Below, in pieces: positions 9,166-17,188 of a stretch of DNA of 49,963 nt (positions are counted from its first letter, which is position 1; each line of letters starts with the position of its first letter). Below the pieces are notes generated by a model, which had not been told where the DNA came from, searched no databases, and saw only the letters and a list, made by a program, of their open reading frames with translations. Both the position numbers and the translations under genes were made by a program. The stretch spans positions 1 to 49,963 of the forward strand of contig DATHWI010000117.1 in the NCBI GenBank assembly GCA_035460805.1, written 5' to 3'. Source of the DNA: Verrucomicrobiia bacterium (GTDB lineage Bacteria; Patescibacteriota; UBA1384; CAILIB01).

Positions 9166-9233
9166 GCCAAATCGCTTGCCCCTACTGGAAAGTCTTTCTA
9201 GGGGATGATATCCAGAAAAAATTTGGTGCGGAA

Positions 9234-9536
9234 ATGATAATTTTCAGATTGCCCTTTCTGGTGAATGATGGCAAAATGATGCTTATCATGCTTCGCACGA
9301 GCCGATTTTTCCTTATCCTCCTCCTACTTGGTGCTGCCGTAGCCGCAGGGGTTATGTTCACTGGCATCTTTACGGATTTCAACGATCCAATCTTTCAGCG
9401 CGCCCTTCTTCGCCTTCTGGCTGTAGTGGGGCTGGCTTCCCTGTTGGCGATGACCGTTTCACTTATGGCGCGTGTGGAAGGTGAGGAGCTGGCACCTACG
9501 CCCGCCCCTAGTCCTCGCCGTTCGCGCCGCTCATGA
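9234..9536 (+). CDS. Small membrane protein (two predicted TM helices)
   Basis: FFLILLLLGAAVAAGVMFTGIF and LLAVVGLASLLAMTVSLMA. ATGA overlap with pgl at 9533-9536. Several in-frame ATGs make the start uncertain. Confidence 0.5.
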   Translation: MIIFRLPFLVNDGKMMLIMLRTSRFFLILLLLGAAVAAGVMFTGIFTDFNDPIFQRALLRLLAVVGLASLLAMTVSLMARVEGEELAPTPAPSPRRSRRS

Positions 9537-10246
9537 TTGAGCACATTTTCGTTTTCTCAAACGAGTCCGACCTCTGGGCGGTGTGTGAACAGAAGTTGCG
9601 GGAATCAGTTGACTGGGTGAGTGGTACGGGGCGCCGGCCGGGTGTCTTTTTTTCTGGTGGTGGCACCTTTATCCCGTTTTATGAACGCTTTGGTGATATC
9701 CAAGGCGACGTGTTCCCTACCGATGACCGGATGGTACCGGAGGGGACGGTGAGCGATACCACCTCCATGCTGCGAAGGGAATGGCACAGGAAGGTGGTGG
9801 AGCCCGGCAGCCGCGTGGTAGGGGTGGAGCGCTTGGGGAGTGCTCAGGAGACCGCTGCCCAGTACGAACAAAAAATCCGCACCTGGACAGAGCGGGGCGG
9901 GGTTTTTGCGGCCGCCTTGTTGGGAGTGGGTTCTGACGGGCATACGGCATCCCTCTTTCCGGGCCAAAGGGATATGTGGGAAACAACGCAGTCCTGGGTT
10001 GTTGCAACCGAAGGCGAGCAAGAACCGTTAGTGCCACGCGTAACCGTGACGCCGGAGCTACTGCGCACCGTGCCGCGTCATATTTACGTCCTCATGGGTT
10101 CGGGGAAGCTTCCCATTGCCAATGCTTGGTTGAAAGAACGGAAAGTACTGCCATGTGAGCTTGTCCAGCCGGCAGAGGAGCGGTACGTGCTCCTTGATTC
10201 CGTTGCTGCCCGTGACTTGGATCCAAAAACCTATACGCGCTACTAG
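9533..10246 (+). CDS. pgl: 6-phosphogluconolactonase-like (SugarP_isomerase family)
   Basis: FSGGGTFIPFY...DDRMVP...LLGVGSDGHTASLFPG is the signature arrangement of 6PGL/DevB. Confidence 0.75.
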   Translation: MIEHIFVFSNESDLWAVCEQKLRESVDWVSGTGRRPGVFFSGGGTFIPFYERFGDIQGDVFPTDDRMVPEGTVSDTTSMLRREWHRKVVEPGSRVVGVERLGSAQETAAQYEQKIRTWTERGGVFAAALLGVGSDGHTASLFPGQRDMWETTQSWVVATEGEQEPLVPRVTVTPELLRTVPRHIYVLMGSGKLPIANAWLKERKVLPCELVQPAEERYVLLDSVAARDLDPKTYTRY

Positions 10247-11367
10247 ACCAAGAGACGGGGTAGGAGAGGGTTCAGGCGGGCAACCACTTCGTAGTTAATG
10301 GTCTGGGAGTGGGAAGCCAATTCTTCTGCACTGACACGGTCTTCTCCTTCTTCACCCAAGAGCACTACGGTGTCGCCAGCCGAGACCTTGGCCAACTGGG
10401 TGACATCTACGGCAAACATATTCATGGCCACGCGGCCAAGCACCGGGCAACGGGTGCTTTTTATAAGGACCTCGCCTTTGCTGGAAAGGAGGCGGTCGTA
10501 GCCGTCACTGTACCCCTGCGGGACAATGCCGAGGCGGATTGGATGTGGGGCAATATAGGTCAGGCCGTAGCCCACGGGGTGACCGGCGGGGATGTCCTTA
10601 ACTTGGGCGAGCGAGGTCCTCCAACGTAGGGCTGGCTGCAATTCTAAGGGCTCATATTCGGCCGCAAGCTGGGGTGAAGGATACAATCCATAAAGACTGA
10701 TCCCTAGGCGCACCAAGGGCCGTTTGCTGCGGTTTCCTTCGTACGTCAAAATGCCGGCGCTGGAAGAAATGTGTTCCTCAAAATGTTTGAAGCCTGCTTC
10801 GCGGATCATCTCCACAGCTACCTCAAAAAGGGCAAGCTGTGCATCGCCGTGTTCATGAGAACTGGTGTCTTCGAGGTTGGAGAAATGGGAATACACACCG
10901 GCAAGCTGGACATGTGGCGCACGGCGCAGCGCCTCGAGGAAGGGGGGCAGGCTGGCGGGAAGGAGGCCTTGGCGCCCGAGCAGGGCGTCTACTTTAAGGT
11001 GGATGCGGACAGGGCTTTCAGGTGTCGCAATCTCGCTGAGGATGTGGAGGCGTTCTTGGTCATAGACGGCAAGTTCCGCATTAAGGGCCACGGCTTCGGG
11101 GAGCTCGGAAGGTTGGATATACCCCAGGACGAGCGCGCGTTTTTCAGTGTGGTTGCGCAATTCCCTAAGCTCCTCAATATCATCTACCTGAAAGGCATCC
11201 ACAACATCGTCAATTGCTTCTACTACTTGGGCAATGCCGTGGCCGTATGCATTTGCCTTCACTACGGCCATTACTTGTTGATGTCTTCCAACAACTCTGC
11301 GGATAGCGGCAACGTTGTGACGCAAAGCATCACGGGAAATCTCTAGGTAGGAAAGGGGGAGGTTCAT
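10243..11367 (-). CDS. alr: Alanine racemase
   Basis: AVVKANAYGHG (PLP lysine) and a C-terminal beta domain with INYEV. 4-nt overlap with murI. Confidence 0.9.
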   Translation of the reverse strand: MNLPLSYLEISRDALRHNVAAIRRVVGRHQQVMAVVKANAYGHGIAQVVEAIDDVVDAFQVDDIEELRELRNHTEKRALVLGYIQPSELPEAVALNAELAVYDQERLHILSEIATPESPVRIHLKVDALLGRQGLLPASLPPFLEALRRAPHVQLAGVYSHFSNLEDTSSHEHGDAQLALFEVAVEMIREAGFKHFEEHISSSAGILTYEGNRSKRPLVRLGISLYGLYPSPQLAAEYEPLELQPALRWRTSLAQVKDIPAGHPVGYGLTYIAPHPIRLGIVPQGYSDGYDRLLSSKGEVLIKSTRCPVLGRVAMNMFAVDVTQLAKVSAGDTVVLLGEEGEDRVSAEELASHSQTINYEVVARLNPLLPRLLV

Positions 11368-12161
11368 ACGGGAAGGTCTATTCGTTCAAAGGAGATTGGC
11401 TGGCCAATCAGCGTGGCAGAGAGGGTGCCGTAATGGTCCAGTACGTCAGTGACAAAGTACTGGCGGCTGCCGTTTTGGGTGAGGGTGTTGGCAATCTCAG
11501 GGTGCCTTTCCAGGTAGGAAACCAGCTTGTCCGGGATAATATCCTCTTGTGCCAGGATAAGTACGCCGGGGAGATGCTGTTCAATAAGTGCCTTGGCCAG
11601 GCCGTAGTGGGTGCAGCCTAGGATGAGCTCGGTAATGCCCGCTTCCTTGAGTGGCTGTACGTACTCTTCTACGACGGGCTCTGCCCACTTGAGGGCATCG
11701 TTCTCAATGAGGGGGACAAGGAGCGGCGCAGCGGCCTGAATGACTTGAAGATGAGGATGTAGCTTTTCAAGCTCGCGCGGAAAGGCTTGGGAACGCACCG
11801 TGCTGCGTGTAGCAAGGACACCAACTGGTCCATTTCCCGTGATACTTTCGGCAGTTGGGATGATGACGCCCAGTACACGGCGGTTAGGGTAGTGGGCGGG
11901 GAGGTATTCTTGCTGAATACGGCGTAATGCCTCGGAGGACGCGGTATTACAAGCGACAATTATGAGGCCACATTCCAGGTTAACGAACAATTCGTCCACC
12001 GCGGCCGCGGTGAAGCGAAAGATGGCCTCTTGCGAGCGGTCGCCGTAAGGCACGCGGGCCGTATCGCCCAAATACACGAGGTCGTGATGGGGTAATGCGC
12101 GGGCAATGGCTGCTGTGACAACAAGCCCGCCAAGGCCTGAGTCAAAAATGCCGATACGCAT
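11364..12161 (-). CDS. murI: Glutamate racemase
   Basis: IGIFDSGLGGL, VACNTAS and LGCTHY catalytic Cys motifs. Confidence 0.9.
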   Translation of the reverse strand: MRIGIFDSGLGGLVVTAAIARALPHHDLVYLGDTARVPYGDRSQEAIFRFTAAAVDELFVNLECGLIIVACNTASSEALRRIQQEYLPAHYPNRRVLGVIIPTAESITGNGPVGVLATRSTVRSQAFPRELEKLHPHLQVIQAAAPLLVPLIENDALKWAEPVVEEYVQPLKEAGITELILGCTHYGLAKALIEQHLPGVLILAQEDIIPDKLVSYLERHPEIANTLTQNGSRQYFVTDVLDHYGTLSATLIGQPISFERIDLPV

Positions 12162-12328
12162 TACTGGGGAACGGGAGTGGGGGAGATGAACATCATGCTG
12201 AGTAGGCTTAAGGCGAGCACAACGATGATCACAGCAATGACCACCTTCACGAAGAGGGGTTTGTCTTGTGCTTGAGGAGCAGATTTTGCTGCCTCTGCCA
12301 GTTTGCGGCGCTTTGCTGAACTACTCAT
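12161..12328 (-). CDS. Small single-TM protein upstream of murI
   Basis: MSSSAKRRKLAEAAKSAPQAQDKPLFVKVVIAVIIVVLALSLLSMMFISP. The stop overlaps the murI start. Start set to the internal ATG at 12328. Confidence 0.45.
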   Translation of the reverse strand: MSSSAKRRKLAEAAKSAPQAQDKPLFVKVVIAVIIVVLALSLLSMMFISPTPVPQ

Positions 12329-12390
12329 TACTTCCAGAGTATAGCAAACTGGGCATCCCATTACACAGTGCTGGCATGTATACTAAATGC

Positions 12391-13464
12391 ATGTCCAAAT
12401 CGCTCTCTATTCTCCCAGGCATTATTAAAGAGGCGGTCAGCCAAAATGCTGCCGACATCATCCTTTCCGAAGGGTGTTTTCCGGTGCTGAAGGTAGGGAG
12501 TTCCCTCAAAAAACTGAACGACTTTGGTGAGTTGTCTGACGACGCCATTCATGGCGTAGTAAGCGATATCCTTCCTTCAGCGAAGCTGAAGACCCTTGAG
12601 GATGACCGCCAGGTAGACCTGGCCTATGCCCAGGGCGATGCCCGCTTCCGCGTCAATGTCTTCTACCAGCGTGGCCACCTAACGGTGGTGATGCGGTATG
12701 TGAAGAATAAAATCCTCTCTCTAGAGGAGCTGGGTTTGCCAAGTTTACTCAAGGAGCTCGTAGAAAACGACAATGGCCTCATCCTCATGGTGGGCCCTAC
12801 CGGATCTGGTAAGTCTACTTCTTTGGCGGCCATGATTGACCATATTAATGGCAACTTCGAGAAGCACATCATTACCATCGAGGATCCCATTGAGTATGTT
12901 TACGATAATAAACAGTCTGTCATCGAACAGCGCGAAGTAGGGGTTGATGCGGTTAGTTTTTCCTCCGCCCTCCGCTCCGCCCTCCGAGAAGCGCCAGATG
13001 TGATCCTCCTTGGTGAAATGCGAGACCTGGAAAGCGTGTCCACTGCCGTGACGGTGGCGGAGACCGGTCACTTGGTCCTCTCTACCATTCATGCCAACAG
13101 TGCACCTGGTACCATTGACCGTATTATCGATATTTTCCCACCCGAGCAGAAAGAACAGATTAGGATTCAGCTTGCCGACATTCTGGTGGCAGTTCTGAAC
13201 CAGCGGCTTATTCCACGGGCTGATGGCGTGGGCATGACAGTTGCCTTAGAGGTGATGATTGCCAATTCAGCCGTGAAGAATGCTGTCCGCACCGGGAACA
13301 CGGCCCAGCTGCCCACCATCATGCAGACGGGCGCTGCTGACGGCATGGTGCTTTTGGATGACATCCTCATTAAGGCAGCCAAGCACGGCGAGATTACGAA
13401 GGAAAGCGCTTTGGCATATGCGAATGATAGGGATGAGGTGCGCAAAGGGCTTTCTGCGGTTTAA
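12391..13464 (+). CDS. pilT: Type IV pilus retraction ATPase PilT
   Basis: GPTGSGKSTS (Walker A), DVILLGEMRD (Walker B), GHLVLSTIHANSA (His box), ~357 aa. TATACT at 12379-12384 ends 7 nt before ATG 12391 with no SD (leaderless geometry). Confidence 0.9.
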   Translation: MSKSLSILPGIIKEAVSQNAADIILSEGCFPVLKVGSSLKKLNDFGELSDDAIHGVVSDILPSAKLKTLEDDRQVDLAYAQGDARFRVNVFYQRGHLTVVMRYVKNKILSLEELGLPSLLKELVENDNGLILMVGPTGSGKSTSLAAMIDHINGNFEKHIITIEDPIEYVYDNKQSVIEQREVGVDAVSFSSALRSALREAPDVILLGEMRDLESVSTAVTVAETGHLVLSTIHANSAPGTIDRIIDIFPPEQKEQIRIQLADILVAVLNQRLIPRADGVGMTVALEVMIANSAVKNAVRTGNTAQLPTIMQTGAADGMVLLDDILIKAAKHGEITKESALAYANDRDEVRKGLSAV

Positions 13465-13547
13465 GTACTTTTTTGCTGGCGGGATTGAGAGGCTTTTGGT
13501 AGGATCTCCTCACAGTATGTGTACCTTGTACAACTTGAGGAGGAATT

Positions 13548-14564
13548 TTGGATATAAGCTATAAGCCTTTTTTGGAGCGCACACCTGATTCGCAATATCA
13601 GGATGCCCTGCGCGCAGTATTCGAGCGCGGCGTCCGCGCCAGCTCGGCGCACGAAACCGGTTCAGTGACCCTCATGGGCCAGGTGAACTTCTGCTACCAC
13701 ATGTCCAACGGTTATCCGCTTATACCGGATCGCAATATGGACCCCCCACCATCTGAAAAGATGCCCATCCCGCAGTGGCAACAGGCCAAGGCGGAGATAC
13801 TGGCGTTCATCAATGGTGCCCACACACAGGAAGAGCTAGAGAAATTTGGCTGCCTGAGCTTCTGGCGTGACACTGTCACGGGAGAAGAAGGGGAACGCAA
13901 ATGCAAAAAGCGCGGCTTGGAGGTTGGGGACCTGGGACCTGCATCATACGGTGCGGTCTTTGGGAAGTTTCCCCTGATTGAGCCAAAGCTGCTGCAGAAG
14001 ATCCGCCATACCCTCTCTCCCGATGCTTTGACGGAGTTTGACGCTGCCCTCAGGGCACTTAAGGTGGCCGATGGCTTTAACCAGGTCAAAGCGGTACTCA
14101 ACCAGATCAAGAATGAGCCCAAGCTCCGGACACACTGGATTGAGCCGTGGTATTCCCCAGGCATTTGGCGCGAGGACCAATCCGTGGTCGTGTGCCCTTG
14201 TCACGGGTGGATTCACATCCGTATCCTGGACGATGGCCAGCTCTACTACCACATGCACCAGCGCTCCGGCGACATGGTGTTGGGGGTTCCCAACAATATT
14301 GTGGAGCATGCAGGGTTGGCGTTGGCGTTTGCGCGGGCAACGGGATACCCCTTAGCCCAGTACAGCCACTCCATCTCGGACGCCCACCTCTATCTAAACC
14401 ATATGGAGGCGGTGGAAACACTGCTCTCCCGCCCACCTCGCCGGCTTCCAACCATGAAGCTGCGTGAAGGTGTGGATGACCTGTTTGCTATCCGTAGGGA
14501 GGACTTTATCCTTTCCGACTATTTCCCACACCCTGGGATCGGAGGGATACCATTAAGCGTATGA
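13548..14564 (+). CDS. thyA: Thymidylate synthase (ThyA family), divergent and extended
   Basis: CPCHGW (catalytic Cys), HQRSGDMVLGVPNNIVEH and SDAHLYLNH align by eye with E. coli PCH / QRSCDVFLGLPFNI / DTHLYSNH. TTG start with GAGGAGGA at 13537-13544. 338 aa. Confidence 0.8.
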   Translation: MDISYKPFLERTPDSQYQDALRAVFERGVRASSAHETGSVTLMGQVNFCYHMSNGYPLIPDRNMDPPPSEKMPIPQWQQAKAEILAFINGAHTQEELEKFGCLSFWRDTVTGEEGERKCKKRGLEVGDLGPASYGAVFGKFPLIEPKLLQKIRHTLSPDALTEFDAALRALKVADGFNQVKAVLNQIKNEPKLRTHWIEPWYSPGIWREDQSVVVCPCHGWIHIRILDDGQLYYHMHQRSGDMVLGVPNNIVEHAGLALAFARATGYPLAQYSHSISDAHLYLNHMEAVETLLSRPPRRLPTMKLREGVDDLFAIRREDFILSDYFPHPGIGGIPLSV

Positions 14565-15514
14565 AAGGATCTACCTTTTCCATCATGATCGCCATCGCTA
14601 AGAACGGCGTAATCGGCAAGGATAACGACCTGCCGTGGCCTAGCTTGCGGACGGACATGCGCCATTTCATGGCGACAACGAAGGGTAAGCCGGTCATGGC
14701 GGCACGGAAAACCCACGAATCAATCCTGGCTCGCAGCAAAGGCAAGCCGCTTGTTGGGCGCCACACCATGGTGCTCACACGCAACCAGGAGTACACCACC
14801 GACCCCAAATGCATTGTTTTTCAGGATCAGGCAAAGCTCTTAGAGTATGCCGACTCCCTGAACGATGAGGTGTTCGTGATTGGTGGTGCCGAGCTCTACC
14901 ATATGATGCTGCCTGTGGCCGACAAGGCCTATGTCACCATCGTGGACGCAGAGCCGGAAGGGGATGCGTTCTTTCCTCTTGAAAGCTTCTCGAGAGAGAA
15001 TGGCTGGAAAGAGGTGAGTCGCACCCACTTTGAAGCCGATGAGGAGAATACGTACCCAGGTGACATCGTCATCTATGAGCGGTTGAGCCCGTACGTGTAC
15101 ATCCCCAATGCGCGGACCTTTGACCAGCGCATGATCATGCGCCAGATAAGGGCCGACGGCGTCTGTCCATTCTGCAGGGAGAACCTGGAACGGTACCACA
15201 CCCAGCCAATCCTGGCTGAGGGAAGGTACTGGGTGATTTCACCTAGCCAGTATCCGCGGAAAGGGGCGTCCCGCTACCTCATGGCCTTCTACAAGGCTTC
15301 GCACATCATGCATCTCCACGAGCTGCCTGGTGAAGCGATGGTGGAGCTACTAGACCATGCCCAACGGCTTGGCATTGGTGCTTCTGGCGGCTTGGCAATC
15401 CGCTTCGGTGAACCAAAGGATACGGGTGGAAGTGTCCACCATCTCCACGCGCACCTCATTTTCCCAGATCCTAACCAGGACCCCGTCCGGTTTAAGATCG
15501 GTCCCAATATGTAG
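14561..15514 (+). CDS. folA: Dihydrofolate reductase fused to a C-terminal HIT (histidine triad) domain
   Basis: DHFR in residues 1-175: IAIAKNGVIGKDNDLPW, VFVIGGAELY, TIVDAEPEGDAFFP. HIT domain in residues ~180-317: CPFC...VHHLHAHLIFP (H-phi-H-phi-H-phi-phi). ATGA overlap with thyA. Confidence 0.85.
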   Translation: MKGSTFSIMIAIAKNGVIGKDNDLPWPSLRTDMRHFMATTKGKPVMAARKTHESILARSKGKPLVGRHTMVLTRNQEYTTDPKCIVFQDQAKLLEYADSLNDEVFVIGGAELYHMMLPVADKAYVTIVDAEPEGDAFFPLESFSRENGWKEVSRTHFEADEENTYPGDIVIYERLSPYVYIPNARTFDQRMIMRQIRADGVCPFCRENLERYHTQPILAEGRYWVISPSQYPRKGASRYLMAFYKASHIMHLHELPGEAMVELLDHAQRLGIGASGGLAIRFGEPKDTGGSVHHLHAHLIFPDPNQDPVRFKIGPNM

Positions 15515-15528
15515 GGACAAAAATATAA

Positions 15529-15556
15529 CCCCTCACCTTACGGTGAGGGGCTTTTA
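15529..15556. terminator. Bidirectional hairpin between convergent folA-HIT and deaminase genes
   Basis: Stem CCCCTCACC (15529-15537) pairs with GGTGAGGGG (15542-15550), loop TTAC, then CTTTTA. The deaminase stop codon (15538-15540) sits in the loop. Confidence 0.7.
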
Positions 15557-16395
15557 ATGTGTACGCGCACCAGCTTGGTGCCGGCATCGCGAAGAACGGT
15601 TGCTCCATCGAGGGTTCCGTACCCTTCGCCAAAGTAGCATGTGGCAAAGCCTGCTTCCGCAACCAGCTTGGCACATGGCGGACAGGGGAAGGTGGAGGAA
15701 TAAAGGGTTGCTCCCTCTAGTGCGATGCCGTTTCGGGCTGCACGAGAGATGAGGGTCGCCTCAGCATGGTTGGCTGTGCTGCACTCAATGTGGAGGCCTT
15801 TCTTGAAGTCTGACCGAGGATCCCCATCGATATACGGGGTGTACTCAGTGGGGAGGTGGTGGTTGTAGGCGGTGATGAGGATTTCCCCGTCACGTACCGC
15901 TACGGCACCAACCTGTCGCCACCAGTCTGAAGACTGCTCAGAAACCTGAAAGGCCTTGCCCATAAGCTGCTGCTGCAGCTCTTCGGTGCTGACCTCGCAG
16001 TCAAACTCGATCTCCTTGGGGGTGGTTGAGTTTTCAGATGTGTGCCGGAGAAAGGTGGAAACCCATTCGACACGGTCTGTAATGCCCAGCCAATCCGCCA
16101 GGTCGCGCATTATGTCCTCGTTAGGGAGGACAAATGTGCACTTTTGATTGACGAAGTGCTCACGCAAGGCCTCCTCCTCAAGGACTTCCACGCGAAAACC
16201 CATTCCTCGTAAAGATTTCCTTGCACTCTCGGGTGAGAGGCGTCGGAGGTCTTTTTTAAGGTGTGGATAGCGTTCGAGTAGGGTGGATCCCATGACGTAG
16301 ATGGCATTCACCGTCCCGTCCAGCTCTTGAAGGAGCTTTTCGTACCCGGCATGGGGAGTGGGCACGTAGCCAAGGAAGATGCGAAGAGCGCCCAT
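15538..16395 (-). CDS. dCMP/cytidine deaminase domain with ~140-aa N-terminal domain of unknown family
   Basis: C-terminal half carries HAE...PCPPC zinc motifs (NHAEATLISRAA, STFPCPPCAKLV). The N-terminal half (GYVPTPHAGYEKLL...) is unassigned. TAATG overlap with the upstream gene at 16393-16397. Confidence 0.8.
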   Translation of the reverse strand: MGALRIFLGYVPTPHAGYEKLLQELDGTVNAIYVMGSTLLERYPHLKKDLRRLSPESARKSLRGMGFRVEVLEEEALREHFVNQKCTFVLPNEDIMRDLADWLGITDRVEWVSTFLRHTSENSTTPKEIEFDCEVSTEELQQQLMGKAFQVSEQSSDWWRQVGAVAVRDGEILITAYNHHLPTEYTPYIDGDPRSDFKKGLHIECSTANHAEATLISRAARNGIALEGATLYSSTFPCPPCAKLVAEAGFATCYFGEGYGTLDGATVLRDAGTKLVRVHIKSPSP

Positions 16396-17060
16396 TAGCC
16401 ACCGCCTTGGGCACTGGTAGCGTGAAGCCGTCCGAGCACGTCCTCGATGATTTCCGGAATACGCCTTGTAAGCGCGTCACGGACGTCGTTTGAGACGGAC
16501 TCCGGCAGGGTTTGAAGAAGAGAGTCGCGGAACTCTTGGGCACCGCCGCGCATCATGCGCCGCATGTGCTCACTAGTGCCTTGAGTGGCGAAGGGCTCCT
16601 GCACAACCACCTCACCGCAGAACTCCTTGAGGGCTTCAAGTTCCTCAGGGCTATACGTTTCCTTGGTTGCCTGCAGGACATGGGGTTTCACCACTTTGAT
16701 GAGCGCCCACTTTTCTTGGTCGACATCCTTCAGGGTGATGACATCGACGGGTCGCTGGCCGGCTAGTTGCCGGACGCGAACGTTTTGTGAAAAAAACGGG
16801 CGCAAGTCATATTCGCTCTTCTGTTTCCGTTGTCGGATTTTTGCGTCGCTATCGAGACCGACAACGAGGAAATCTCCGAGTGCCTTAGCAGCTTCAAGGT
16901 AGTCCTGGTGACCCTCGTGGATGATGTCGTACGAACCAGAGGTCAGGACGACTTTCATGCCAAGAGTTTTGCACGCGGTAACTACTTCAGCGAGTTTGGC
17001 ATAGTCCGGAATGAAGCGATCGTTAACATTGGCTCGTGGACTAAAAATCCCGGTGTTCAT
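16395..17060 (-). CDS. Cytidylyltransferase-like nucleotidyltransferase (RfaE domain II-like) with C-terminal extension
   Basis: VVLTSGSYDIIHEGHQDYLEAAKALGDFLVVGLDSDAKIR has the HxGH motif and the layout of HldE/RfaE domain II. A ~70-aa extra C-terminus follows. Confidence 0.75.
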   Translation of the reverse strand: MNTGIFSPRANVNDRFIPDYAKLAEVVTACKTLGMKVVLTSGSYDIIHEGHQDYLEAAKALGDFLVVGLDSDAKIRQRKQKSEYDLRPFFSQNVRVRQLAGQRPVDVITLKDVDQEKWALIKVVKPHVLQATKETYSPEELEALKEFCGEVVVQEPFATQGTSEHMRRMMRGGAQEFRDSLLQTLPESVSNDVRDALTRRIPEIIEDVLGRLHATSAQGGG

Positions 17061-17188
17061 TCTTTCATGCTCCTGTCAAAGTCCAGTTGGACTCCAAATC
17101 ATGCTAACAGGAGTAGGAAAATAGAGAAGGCTTCGTAAAACACACTCGAAATTCTTTACGAATTTCTCAATGGTTTTACTACGCCTCT

